Program-made: the position numbers and the translations under genes
Source: an uncultured Candidatus Rokubacteria bacterium
GTDB lineage: Bacteria > Methylomirabilota > Methylomirabilia > Rokubacteriales > CSP1-6
DNA: 64,000 bases
Direction of reading: 5' to 3'
Assembly (NCBI GenBank): GCA_963754315.1
Contig: CAVWFS010000018.1
Location: forward strand, 640,001-704,000
The notes under the pieces: model-generated
The model's database searches: none
Seen by the model: the letters and a program-made list of their open reading frames with translations, nothing else
Told to the model about the DNA's origin: nothing
Shown here: one piece after another, positions 28,532-38,285 of the stretch
Numbering within the stretch: the first letter of the stretch is position 1
How the letters are laid out: each line of letters opens with the position of its first letter

Positions 28532-29101
28532 ATGAACCGGGAAACGGCGTGGGCGATTCTGACCGAATTCACCCAGGGCGATAGCCTCCGAAAGCACGCT
28601 CGGGCCGTGGAGGCCTCCATGCGCGCGTACGCGGTCCGCTTCGGAGAGGATCCCGAGGTGTGGGGCACCGCCGGGATCTTGCACGACTTCGACTACGAGA
28701 TGCATCCACTTGCCCCGGCCCACCCACTGAAAGGGGCCGAGATCCTGCTCGCCCGCGGTGTCTCCGACCCTGTCATTCGCGCCATCGTTGCCCACGCTGA
28801 CTACGCTGGCATGCCGCGGGTGACGTTGCTCGACCGAGCGCTTTACGCTTGCGACGAGCCCACGGGTTTCATCCATGCCTGCGCCCTCGTCCGGCCGGGT
28901 CGCGTCATCAGTGGCATGCCCGCTTCGTCGGTGCGCAAGAAGCTCAAGGACAAGGGGTTTGCACGCACGGTGAACCGCGACGATGTGTATCGGGGCGCGG
29001 TCGAGTTGGGCATCGAACTCGACGAGCACTGCGACTTCATCGTGGCGGCCCTGAGCGAGATCGCCCCCGAAATCGGTTTGCGCCAATCTTCCGAAACCTA
29101 G
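28532..29101 (+). CDS. HD/HDIG-domain metal-dependent phosphohydrolase
   Basis: LRKHARAV, GILHDFDYE, ACDE and KKLKDKGFA. Confidence 0.88.
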   Translation: MNRETAWAILTEFTQGDSLRKHARAVEASMRAYAVRFGEDPEVWGTAGILHDFDYEMHPLAPAHPLKGAEILLARGVSDPVIRAIVAHADYAGMPRVTLLDRALYACDEPTGFIHACALVRPGRVISGMPASSVRKKLKDKGFARTVNRDDVYRGAVELGIELDEHCDFIVAALSEIAPEIGLRQSSET

Positions 29102-29165
29102 CCGGTTCGACTCCGGCTCTCGGGGGCCTGTCAAAACTCCGCTGCAAGCCGCGATAAGGTCTCGA

Positions 29166-29395
29166 GGGCGTCCTGAGCGAGGTGGGGTTTGGGGGGGGGC
29201 CCGCCATTTCGGGGCCTACGAGAGCGAGCGCAGGACCGAGGGGCGCCCCGGGTAACCCGGGGCGTCCTGAGCGAAGGGGGGTTTGGGGGGCCATTTCGGG
29301 GCCCCCACGAGCGAGCGCAGGACCGAGGGGCGCCCCGGGTAACCCGGGGCGTCCTGAGCGAAGGGGGGTTTGGGGGGCCATTTCGGGGCCCCCCA
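29166..29395. repeat. Tandem array of about 2.6 copies of an 87-bp GC-rich double-hairpin element
   Basis: Full units start at 29222 and 29309 (period 87) with a partial unit from 29166. Each contains CGCCCCGGGT-A-ACCCGGGGCG and GGGGGCC-ATTTCGG-GGCCCCC inverted repeats. Confidence 0.92.
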
Positions 29396-29404
29396 ATAAA
29401 ACAA

Positions 29405-30586
29405 TTGCCCATCGTTCACGTCGACATGGACGCCTTCTACGCGGCTGTCGAGCAACGCGACAGGCCCGAGCTACGCGGTCGCCCCGTCATCGTGGGCGCC
29501 AACCCCCGTGGACGGGGAGTGGTGTCAGCAGCTTCTTACGAGGCGCGGCCGTTTGGCGTTCGCTCGGCAATGCCCATCGGCCAGGCGGCGCGACTGTGCC
29601 CCGAGGCGGTGTTTCTGCCCGTCGACATGCCACGCTACCAGCGGGTCTCCACCCAGATCATGGAGCTCCTCGCGACCTTCTCGCCTCTCGTGGAGCAGAT
29701 CTCGGTGGACGAGGCGTTCTTGGATCTTACCGGTACCGAGTCGCTGTTCGGCGACCCGGTCGATGCCGTGCGGCGAATCAAGACGATGATCCACGCCGAG
29801 ACGGGACTGACCGCGTCGGCGGGGCTGGCGTCGAACAAGTTCGTGGCAAAGGTCGCCTCCGATCTCGGGAAGCCTGATGGCCTTGTCGTGGTCCCATCAG
29901 GCGAGGAATCCGCGTTCCTGGCTCCACTTCCGGTCGAGCGGCTGTGGGGGGTGGGACGCGTCATGGCGAAGGAACTGCAGGCGCTCGGGATCCGCACCAT
30001 CGGCCACCTGCAGGCGCTGCCGCGCCGCGTGCTTGCCCGACGGTTCGGTCAACATGGTGATCACCTGTTCGAACTCGCTCGGGGACGCGACCGACGGCCG
30101 GTGGAGCCGGACGTGACGGCAAAGTCCATTGGAGCCGAGGAGACCTTTGCGCGCGACTGCCGGGATCCGGGGCGACTCCTGCTCGTTCTCCGCGCTCACG
30201 CCGAGCGAGTAGCCGCGGAGGTCCGGCGCCAGAATCTCGCCGCTGCCTGCGTCGCGGTGAAGGTTCGCTTCGCCGACTTCAGCACCGTGACGCGACGCTC
30301 CAGTGGGGACCCGACCCAGGACGGCCTCGAACTGTATCGGCGGGCGACGATTCTCCTGCGCCGCGTCTCGTCGTCCCAGCCCGTAAGACTGATCGGTCTC
30401 TCTGTGTCGCAGCTGACAGCCGCGGGGCGAGGGCAGCTTCCCCTGCTTGACGGTGCTGCCCTCCGGCGAGAGCGGTTGGCGCGGGCGGTCGACGGGCTGA
30501 CGCAACGGTTTGGTCTCGACACTGTGCGGCCCGCCTCGCTGTTAGAACGGCGCGAGGACGACTCGCGGCCTCGCCGTTCGACCTGA
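29405..30586 (+). CDS. dinB: DNA polymerase IV (Y family); start uncertain
   Basis: IVHVDMDAFYAAVEQ, SAASYEAR, SVDEAFLD and KPDG. The nearest start is TTG 29405, but the frame stays open back to 29189 through the repeats. Confidence 0.92.
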   Translation: MPIVHVDMDAFYAAVEQRDRPELRGRPVIVGANPRGRGVVSAASYEARPFGVRSAMPIGQAARLCPEAVFLPVDMPRYQRVSTQIMELLATFSPLVEQISVDEAFLDLTGTESLFGDPVDAVRRIKTMIHAETGLTASAGLASNKFVAKVASDLGKPDGLVVVPSGEESAFLAPLPVERLWGVGRVMAKELQALGIRTIGHLQALPRRVLARRFGQHGDHLFELARGRDRRPVEPDVTAKSIGAEETFARDCRDPGRLLLVLRAHAERVAAEVRRQNLAAACVAVKVRFADFSTVTRRSSGDPTQDGLELYRRATILLRRVSSSQPVRLIGLSVSQLTAAGRGQLPLLDGAALRRERLARAVDGLTQRFGLDTVRPASLLERREDDSRPRRST

Positions 30587-30594
30587 TCCGCAAG

Positions 30595-30643
30595 TTGCCT
30601 CGTCGCGAGACTTCGAATACACTGACTGAACAGCGGTTCAGTC
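30595..30643 (+). promoter_or_regulatory. Sigma70 promoter with an overlapping palindromic operator
   Basis: TTGCCT (30595), 17 bp, TACACT (30618), immediately followed by GACTGAAC-AGCG-GTTCAGTC (30624-30643). GGAGG RBS downstream. Confidence 0.65.
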
Positions 30644-30663
30644 TGGCCGGAGGTGCCTCTCGA

Positions 30664-31419
30664 ATGGATCGGCCGATCTCCTATGACAAGCTCGCGCGCG
30701 AGGACCGATTCGTCAGGATGCGTGCCAGGGATGTGGCCGCCCTGAAAGTCGAGCAGGGACTTCCGCCTTTCCCCGACCTGGCTAGCCGCCCGTCCATGTG
30801 CGAGCGGGTGCACGGTATCTTCGTGGGCGAGTTGCAGGCAATGGAGGGCGCCGGGCGTACGGTCTACGACTTCCCGGACGCGCCCTGGGAGTTCACCATG
30901 GACATGGCGCGACAAGTGTGGGATGAATCGCGCCACGTTGAGATCTACCTCGGTCTCCTCGACCACCTGGATGGCTACGTGGGCGAGTTTCCAGAGACGA
31001 CCATCCTGTGGCGCTGCGCCTGCGCCGAGGACGCCGCAGCGCGCGTGGCGGGTGTCAACCGCGGACTCGAGGGGCTCGCTTGTGACGTCTTCAACCAACT
31101 CATTCACATCGCGGGCAAGATCGGCGATCCGATCATCGAGAAGTCGGTGGACTATGTGCTGGCCGATGAGATCACCCATGTGCGCATGGGATCGAAGTGG
31201 CTCAACAAGCTGACCGAGGGCAATCCGGAGCGGCGCCAGCGCGCTATTGAATTCCAGGAGTCGATCGACGATCGCTTCAATCTGGGCGGGGTGCGCCAGG
31301 ACGGACAGCACGAACAAGTCCAGATTTCCATCGCCAAGGACGCCCGCCGACTAGCCGGATTCACCGACGAGGAAATCGAGCGTCTGATCAAGAGCACACA
31401 GCGTTCGCCCGTCTATTGA
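30664..31419 (+). CDS. Ferritin-like diiron protein (DUF455-like)
   Basis: Ligand pattern GELQAME / WDESRH / GLEGLA / ADEITH typical of four-helix diiron proteins. Confidence 0.8.
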   Translation: MDRPISYDKLAREDRFVRMRARDVAALKVEQGLPPFPDLASRPSMCERVHGIFVGELQAMEGAGRTVYDFPDAPWEFTMDMARQVWDESRHVEIYLGLLDHLDGYVGEFPETTILWRCACAEDAAARVAGVNRGLEGLACDVFNQLIHIAGKIGDPIIEKSVDYVLADEITHVRMGSKWLNKLTEGNPERRQRAIEFQESIDDRFNLGGVRQDGQHEQVQISIAKDARRLAGFTDEEIERLIKSTQRSPVY

Positions 31420-32381
31420 TGGACGGTCATCGCCTCGCCGGCGACCTGTCGGTCGACGCCTCGGCCCGCCTGATCCGCCACTACCGCTACGTCGAGGAGC
31501 GGATGATGCGTGTGATGGGCGGCTGGATCGCTCTCACCCCCGAACTGCCTGCCAAGCTCTTGCTCGGTCGTCACGTGTGGGATTGCGCCCAGCATGCCGA
31601 CCTGTGGGGGCGTCGCCTTCCCGAGTTGCGCACAGCCACGCAGCAGTCGGAACCGGCTAACGAGGCGGTCGTCCGCTTCATGGATACTCTGGAGGCCGAG
31701 GAGGGTTACGCCGAAACGCCAGAGCGCCTGGCCGGGATCTACCGTGTGCTCAAACCCCACCTGCTGTCGGTGTACATCAACCACCGTGCCCGGGCCAATC
31801 CCGTGTTCGAGCCACCCACGCGGCGAATCCTTGATCGCTGTGTGGACGAGGAGTCTCGGCACGCCGCTGCTGGCCAGATCGTGCTGGAGGCCTTGACCCG
31901 TGAGCCGGATCCCCGCCGGCGAGCCGAGGCTTGGGAGGAGCAGCTTCAGCGAGCCCTGCAGGAGGCAGGGGGGATCACCGGTAACACCCCCGTTCAGCCG
32001 GGTGCGAGGATCACCCACCCCCGCGCCTACGATGACGTGATCTCCCTCGGCCGGGTTTTGGCCAGGCCGGACCTGCCCGTTGAGCTGAAGCGTGAGCTCG
32101 ACCGCCATCGGCGCGCCGTCGAAGCCGGCGACCTCGCGTCGCTGGCGGCGCAGGTCTTCGAGGCCGAATGGGAACACGTGCAGACCGAGTATGGGAGGCT
32201 GTCCGTTCCGCTCACGGCCTCCGAGGTCGTCGCCGTCGCAAAGATCGGCGCCTATCGAATGGTCAAGCTGGCCTTCAAAGGTCCACGTGGCCTCGCCGTC
32301 GTCCAACAGCAGTGGCGACAGGCCGACGACGCCTGGCGGCTCTACAGCGCGGAAGTGGTACGTATCGAACCTGCCGCCTGA
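31419..32381 (+). CDS. Ferritin-like partner protein with degenerate metal ligands and an extra C-terminal domain
   Basis: GGWIALTPEL.AKLLLGRHVWDCAQHAD...RLPELR and DEESRH. TGATG coupling to the upstream gene. Confidence 0.7.
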   Translation: MDGHRLAGDLSVDASARLIRHYRYVEERMMRVMGGWIALTPELPAKLLLGRHVWDCAQHADLWGRRLPELRTATQQSEPANEAVVRFMDTLEAEEGYAETPERLAGIYRVLKPHLLSVYINHRARANPVFEPPTRRILDRCVDEESRHAAAGQIVLEALTREPDPRRRAEAWEEQLQRALQEAGGITGNTPVQPGARITHPRAYDDVISLGRVLARPDLPVELKRELDRHRRAVEAGDLASLAAQVFEAEWEHVQTEYGRLSVPLTASEVVAVAKIGAYRMVKLAFKGPRGLAVVQQQWRQADDAWRLYSAEVVRIEPAA

Positions 32382-32420
32382 CCCGGTGATTTTCCCTTGA
32401 AAGCCTGGTGCGGTTCCCAT

Positions 32421-32600
32421 GAGCCCCCAGCATCTCCCGTTGGCGCCCTCGGGCCCCGAGGCGTTCGAGCGTCGGGTGGGGCGGCATGGGGGGGCCCGTT
32501 CGAGGCCCCAGCATCTGGCGTGGGATCGAGGGGCGCCCCGGGTTGCCCGGGGCGTGCCGAGCGTTGGGGGGGCATGGGGGGCCCGTTCGAGGCCCCCCAT
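32421..32600. repeat. Second, diverged array of the 87-bp palindromic element
   Basis: GCCCGTTCGAGGCCCC at 32494 and 32581 (period 87). GAGGGGCGCCCCGGGTTGCCCGGGGCGT matches the array at 29.2 kb. Confidence 0.85.
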
Positions 32601-32603
32601 CTA

Positions 32604-33950
32604 ATGTTCAAGACCGTCCTCGTCGCTAACAGGGGCGAGATCGCCCGTCGCGTCTTTCGCGCGTGCCGGCGCCTCGGGGTCCGGACGGTAGCCGTCTTTT
32701 CGGAGGCTGACGCCGACTCGCTTCACGTCCGGGAGGCCGATTCAGCTGTGCTCATTGGGCCTCCTCCCGCCCGCCAGAGCTATCTGGCCATCGACAGGAT
32801 CATCGCGGCGGCCCATCGAACCGGTGCCGATGCCGTGCATCCTGGTTATGGATTCCTCTCGGAGAACTGGCAGTTTGCGGACGCGTGCGTACGCGCGGGC
32901 TTGGCTTTCGTAGGGCCGTCGCCGGATGCCATCCGCGCCATGGGCGACAAAACAGAGGCACGCCGGATCATGAGGGCGGCAGGCCTGCCCATCGTGCCCG
33001 GCAGTCCGGGACCTGCCGGCGATCAGGGCGAGGTCGCGCGGATTGCTACGGAGGTCGGCTATCCGGTGATCCTCAAGGCTGCGGGTGGGGGCGGTGGTAT
33101 CGGTATGGCCCGGGTGAACAAAGGATCCGAGCTGGCCTCCGCTTACGCCACCGCGGCGCGACGAGCCCAGGCGGCGTTCGGCACGGACACGCTCTATGTC
33201 GAGCGCTATCTCGAGCGGCCGCGTCACGTCGAAGTTCAGGTGTTCGGGGACAGCCATGGAGCACTCCTACACCTGCACGAGCGGGAGTGCTCGATCCAGC
33301 GCCGCCACCAGAAACTCGTTGAGGAATCGCCGGCCCCTGTGCTCGCGTCCCCCACACGCGCCGCGCTCGCTGCGGCCGCTGTGACGGGGGCTCGGACCAT
33401 CGGGTATGAGAATGCGGGGACCGTGGAGTTCCTCGTCGACCAGGCCGGTCACTTCTATTTCCTCGAGATGAATACCCGGCTGCAGGTCGAGCATGCCGTT
33501 ACCGAGGAAGTGACCGGCCTCGACCTCGTCGTCGAGCAGCTTCGGGTGGCGGCGGGTGAGCGCCTTAGCTGGTCGCCCGAGACTGTCGTCTCGCGCGGGT
33601 CGGCCATCGAGTGCAGGGTGTACGCTGAGGATCCCGACCGAGCGTTCCTTCCGTCGCCTGGAACGATCGGCCGTCTCGAGCTGCCGACCGGGAAGGGTGT
33701 ACGGGTCGAGTCGGGAGTCGAAGTGGGCAGCACGGTGTCCGTCCACTACGACCCTTTGTTGTTCAAGCTCATCGTCCATGGGGATTCCCGGGTGGAGGCC
33801 CTCGGACTGATGGAGGATGCTCTACATCGCTGCCTGGTCGACGGCGTCAAGACCAATCTGGCCTTCCTGCGGCGCGTGATAGCCTCGGAGGCGTTTCGCG
33901 TCGGACAGACTCATACGCAGATGGTCGAACAAGGAGCCTTCAATGCCTGA
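32604..33950 (+). CDS. Biotin carboxylase subunit (acetyl/acyl-CoA carboxylase family)
   Basis: VLVANRGEIA, HPGYGFLSEN, GGGGGIGM, ERECSIQRRHQK and EMNTRLQVEH. Confidence 0.95.
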   Translation: MFKTVLVANRGEIARRVFRACRRLGVRTVAVFSEADADSLHVREADSAVLIGPPPARQSYLAIDRIIAAAHRTGADAVHPGYGFLSENWQFADACVRAGLAFVGPSPDAIRAMGDKTEARRIMRAAGLPIVPGSPGPAGDQGEVARIATEVGYPVILKAAGGGGGIGMARVNKGSELASAYATAARRAQAAFGTDTLYVERYLERPRHVEVQVFGDSHGALLHLHERECSIQRRHQKLVEESPAPVLASPTRAALAAAAVTGARTIGYENAGTVEFLVDQAGHFYFLEMNTRLQVEHAVTEEVTGLDLVVEQLRVAAGERLSWSPETVVSRGSAIECRVYAEDPDRAFLPSPGTIGRLELPTGKGVRVESGVEVGSTVSVHYDPLLFKLIVHGDSRVEALGLMEDALHRCLVDGVKTNLAFLRRVIASEAFRVGQTHTQMVEQGAFNA

Positions 33951-34158
33951 GGAGATCAAGGCGCATATCACGGGTGTCGTCTTTCAGATCACTGCCAAGC
34001 CCGGAGACTCCGTGGCCAGCGGCGATCCCGTGATTGTGCTGGAGTCCATGAAAATGGAAATCCCTGTAGAGGCGCCGCGCGCCGGCTCGGTCCTGGAGGT
34101 CTGTGTTCAGGAGGGGCAGACGGTTCAGGAGGGCGATACTGTTGCGCTTCTTGAGTGA
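33943..34158 (+). CDS. Small biotin carboxyl carrier protein
   Basis: ESMKME biotinylation motif, 71 aa. Confidence 0.92.
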   Translation: MPEEIKAHITGVVFQITAKPGDSVASGDPVIVLESMKMEIPVEAPRAGSVLEVCVQEGQTVQEGDTVALLE

Positions 34159-34199
34159 TCTGATGCCGATCTAGAAGCTCCGGTCCTCCGGGCCAAGCA

Positions 34200-34233
34200 C
34201 CCGGGGGGGTGGGGGCCCTTTCGGGGCCCCCAT
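34200..34233. repeat. Solo G-rich hairpin related to the 87-bp element, between convergent genes
   Basis: GGGGGGGTGGGGGCCCTTTCGGGGCCCCCAT resembles GGGGGGTTTGGGGGGCCATTTCGGGGCCCCCCA. Confidence 0.7.
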
Positions 34234-34237
34234 GAGG

Positions 34238-35731
<1,494 letters not shown>

Positions 35732-36129
35732 GATGGCACCGAGTTTGGGTTTTCATCTGTTTCGATGCATTAAATGTATCGGGCGGTTCCCCGTCAGTAT
35801 CTGACTCAAAAATCGGGCCAGGCTGGTACGCGGAGCGCGGGCGGTCAGGGCCTCGCTCCGGGTCAGCAGGCTGTCGATCGTAAGACCGTGCCAAGGCAGA
35901 GAATATTCACTCGTGTCGCCTCTGGCGCGCAGTCGCGAGCAAGCTGGTTGATCCCGGGCGACTCTCGCGGAACGCCAGCCTCATGGCATGTTTGCCATAT
36001 CGTGTTGAAACGATGTCCTACGGACGGACGTTCCCTGCGTTCCTCCTCGACCTGAGGGGACGAAGCCTGTAGCCTGCGGAAAGGCGCCGGTTTGGCGCAA
36101 ACACTACCAAAAGCGGGAGGAGCGGCTGG

Positions 36130-37566
36130 ATGGGCGTTGCCCCAAGTGCGAGCTATAGCCTCACGGTACGTCTGGAGATCACCAACCGGCCTGGCATGCT
36201 CGGTCGGGTCGCCATGGCTATCGGGGGGGCAGGGGGGGATATCGGAGCTGTTGACATCGTGGAGTCGCTGCCCGCCCGCGTCATCCGGGACATCACCATC
36301 AAGGCCCGTGATAGCCATCACGGACAGCAAATCGTGAACCGTCTGAAGCGACTGGCCGGTGTCAAGGTCGTCAACATCTCGGACAGGACCTTCCTGCTGC
36401 ACCTTGGTGGCAAGATCGAGGTCCGCAACAAGGTGCCGATTCGCACCCGCGACGACCTTTCAATGGTTTACACCCCCGGGGTGGCCCGTGTCTGTCTGGC
36501 AATCCGGGACGATCGCGAGCGAGCCTTTGCCCTCACCATGAAGCACAACAGTGTCGCCGTAGTGACAGATGGCACCGCCGTCCTGGGCCTGGGCGACATC
36601 GGACCGGAGGCCGCCTTGCCCGTGATGGAGGGCAAAGCCATGCTCTTCAAGGAGTTTGCGGGTGTCGATGCCTTTCCCATCTGCCTCGGTTCGAAGGACG
36701 TCTCCACCATTGTGGAGACCGTGAAGCTCATTGCCCCCGGCTTCGGGGGCATCAATCTGGAGGACATCGCGGCTCCTCGCTGCTTCGAGATCGAGGATCG
36801 CCTTCGCAAGGAGCTCGACATTCCGGTGTTTCATGACGACCAGCACGGCACTGCGGTCGTCGTTCTGGCGGCCCTCCTCAATGGTCTCCGGATCGTTCGC
36901 AAGGAGCTCCGGCGGCTGCGGGTTGTGGTGACCGGGGTCGGCGCGGCGGGAACCGCCACCATCAAGATCCTGCTCTCCAGTGGCGTGTCGGACATCATCG
37001 GGGTCGACGAGCACGGAATCATTCATGGCAACCGGGACCGAGGCCTCGACTTCATGAAGCGATGGGTGGCCAGCACTACGAATCCGCGCAATGTGAAGGG
37101 GGGGCTGGCCGAGGCCCTTGAGGGCGCCGATGTCTTCATCGGGCTGTCGGTGCCGCGTCTGCTGACGGTGCGCGGCCTCAAGCGCATGGCGCGAGATCCT
37201 ATCGTGTTCGCCATGGCCAACCCTGTGCCCGAGATTCAACCGGAGGAGGCAGGTCGCCACGTTCGCGTCATGGCCACCGGCCGCTCCGACTATCCGAACC
37301 AAATCAACAATGTGCTGTGTTTCCCGGGCTTCTTCCGCGGACTGCTCGACTCGCGAGCGCGGGCAGTGAACGACGAAATGAAGCTGGCGGCCGCCCGCGC
37401 CATCGCCGCCTCGGTGACCAAGAGCGAGTTGAGCGAGGAGTACATCATCCCGAGCGTCTTTAACAAGAGCGTGGCGCCCGCCGTCGCCGAGGGGGTGGCG
37501 CGTGCCGCCTCCGCCACCGGCGCGGCCCGGCGCCGTAGACGGCTGGACCTGTCCAGCATCTCATGA
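36130..37566 (+). CDS. NAD(P)-dependent malic enzyme with an N-terminal ACT domain
   Basis: NRPGMLG ACT motif, YTPGVA, VTDGTAVLGLGDIG, FHDDQHGTA and ATGRSDYPNQINN. Confidence 0.93.
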   Translation: MGVAPSASYSLTVRLEITNRPGMLGRVAMAIGGAGGDIGAVDIVESLPARVIRDITIKARDSHHGQQIVNRLKRLAGVKVVNISDRTFLLHLGGKIEVRNKVPIRTRDDLSMVYTPGVARVCLAIRDDRERAFALTMKHNSVAVVTDGTAVLGLGDIGPEAALPVMEGKAMLFKEFAGVDAFPICLGSKDVSTIVETVKLIAPGFGGINLEDIAAPRCFEIEDRLRKELDIPVFHDDQHGTAVVVLAALLNGLRIVRKELRRLRVVVTGVGAAGTATIKILLSSGVSDIIGVDEHGIIHGNRDRGLDFMKRWVASTTNPRNVKGGLAEALEGADVFIGLSVPRLLTVRGLKRMARDPIVFAMANPVPEIQPEEAGRHVRVMATGRSDYPNQINNVLCFPGFFRGLLDSRARAVNDEMKLAAARAIAASVTKSELSEEYIIPSVFNKSVAPAVAEGVARAASATGAARRRRRLDLSSIS

Positions 37567-38285
37567 CCTCCCCCCGGTGGTCGGTCGTCATTCCGGCGCT
37601 GAATGAAGCCCGGCGCTTGCCTCCGTACCTCGCCCGGGTCGTGAGTTATTTCGATGCCCGGAGCGAGCCCTACGAAATCATCGTGGTCGACGACGGGAGC
37701 ACCGACGACACGCTGGCCCGGGTCGAGAGCTTCGCGCGCGAGCACGGGGCCGTGCGCGGTCTTGCCTTGGCGGGCCATGAGGGCAAGGGCGCGGCCGTCC
37801 GCCGCGGCATGCTGGCCGCGGCGGGGACATACCGACTCTTTACCGACGCGGATGGCGCGACGCCCATCGAGGAACTGGATCGTTTCGAGCCGGCCCTGGT
37901 TGCAGGAGCCGACATCGTCATCGGCTCGCGCACGGTTGGGGACGCGTCGGTAGCGGTAGTGTCTCGCTTGCATCGGTCCGCAGCGCGTAGTCTTTTCAGC
38001 TGGATGGTCAGCCGCCTCGGCCTGAAGGGCGTGTCGGATTCGCAGTGCGGCTTCAAGGCCTTCGAGGGAGCCGTGGCCGAGGCGCTCTTCGGAGCGCTTC
38101 GCACCCCAGGTCTCGCGTTTGACGTCGAACTGCTCATGCGCGCGCGGACGGCCGGCTACCACATCGTGGAGGTGCCGGTGAACTGGACCGAGCAGGCGGG
38201 TGGCAGGGTCGGCATCCTCCGGCACGGACCGTTGATGGCCCTGGAGATCCTGCGCGTCCGGCGGCGGCTCAAGGGTTTGTCGTGA
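37563..38285 (+). CDS. GT2 glycosyltransferase (polyprenol-phosphate glycosyltransferase-like)
   Basis: SVVIPALNE, VVDDGSTD, GKGAAV, FTDADG and DSQCGFKAF. Confidence 0.9.
   Translation: MTSPRWSVVIPALNEARRLPPYLARVVSYFDARSEPYEIIVVDDGSTDDTLARVESFAREHGAVRGLALAGHEGKGAAVRRGMLAAAGTYRLFTDADGATPIEELDRFEPALVAGADIVIGSRTVGDASVAVVSRLHRSAARSLFSWMVSRLGLKGVSDSQCGFKAFEGAVAEALFGALRTPGLAFDVELLMRARTAGYHIVEVPVNWTEQAGGRVGILRHGPLMALEILRVRRRLKGLS

Noticed and set aside
29166..29395. Possible CRISPR array
   Set aside because: The units are identical along their whole 87 bp with no unique spacers, and no cas genes are present.
35875..35900. Sigma54 promoter upstream of the sigma factor (TGGCACGGTCTTACG on the minus strand)
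   Set aside because: The -12 GC dinucleotide is missing at the required spacing.
36130..36400. ACT domain fused to malic enzyme as a novel fusion
   Set aside because: This architecture is already known in other bacteria.
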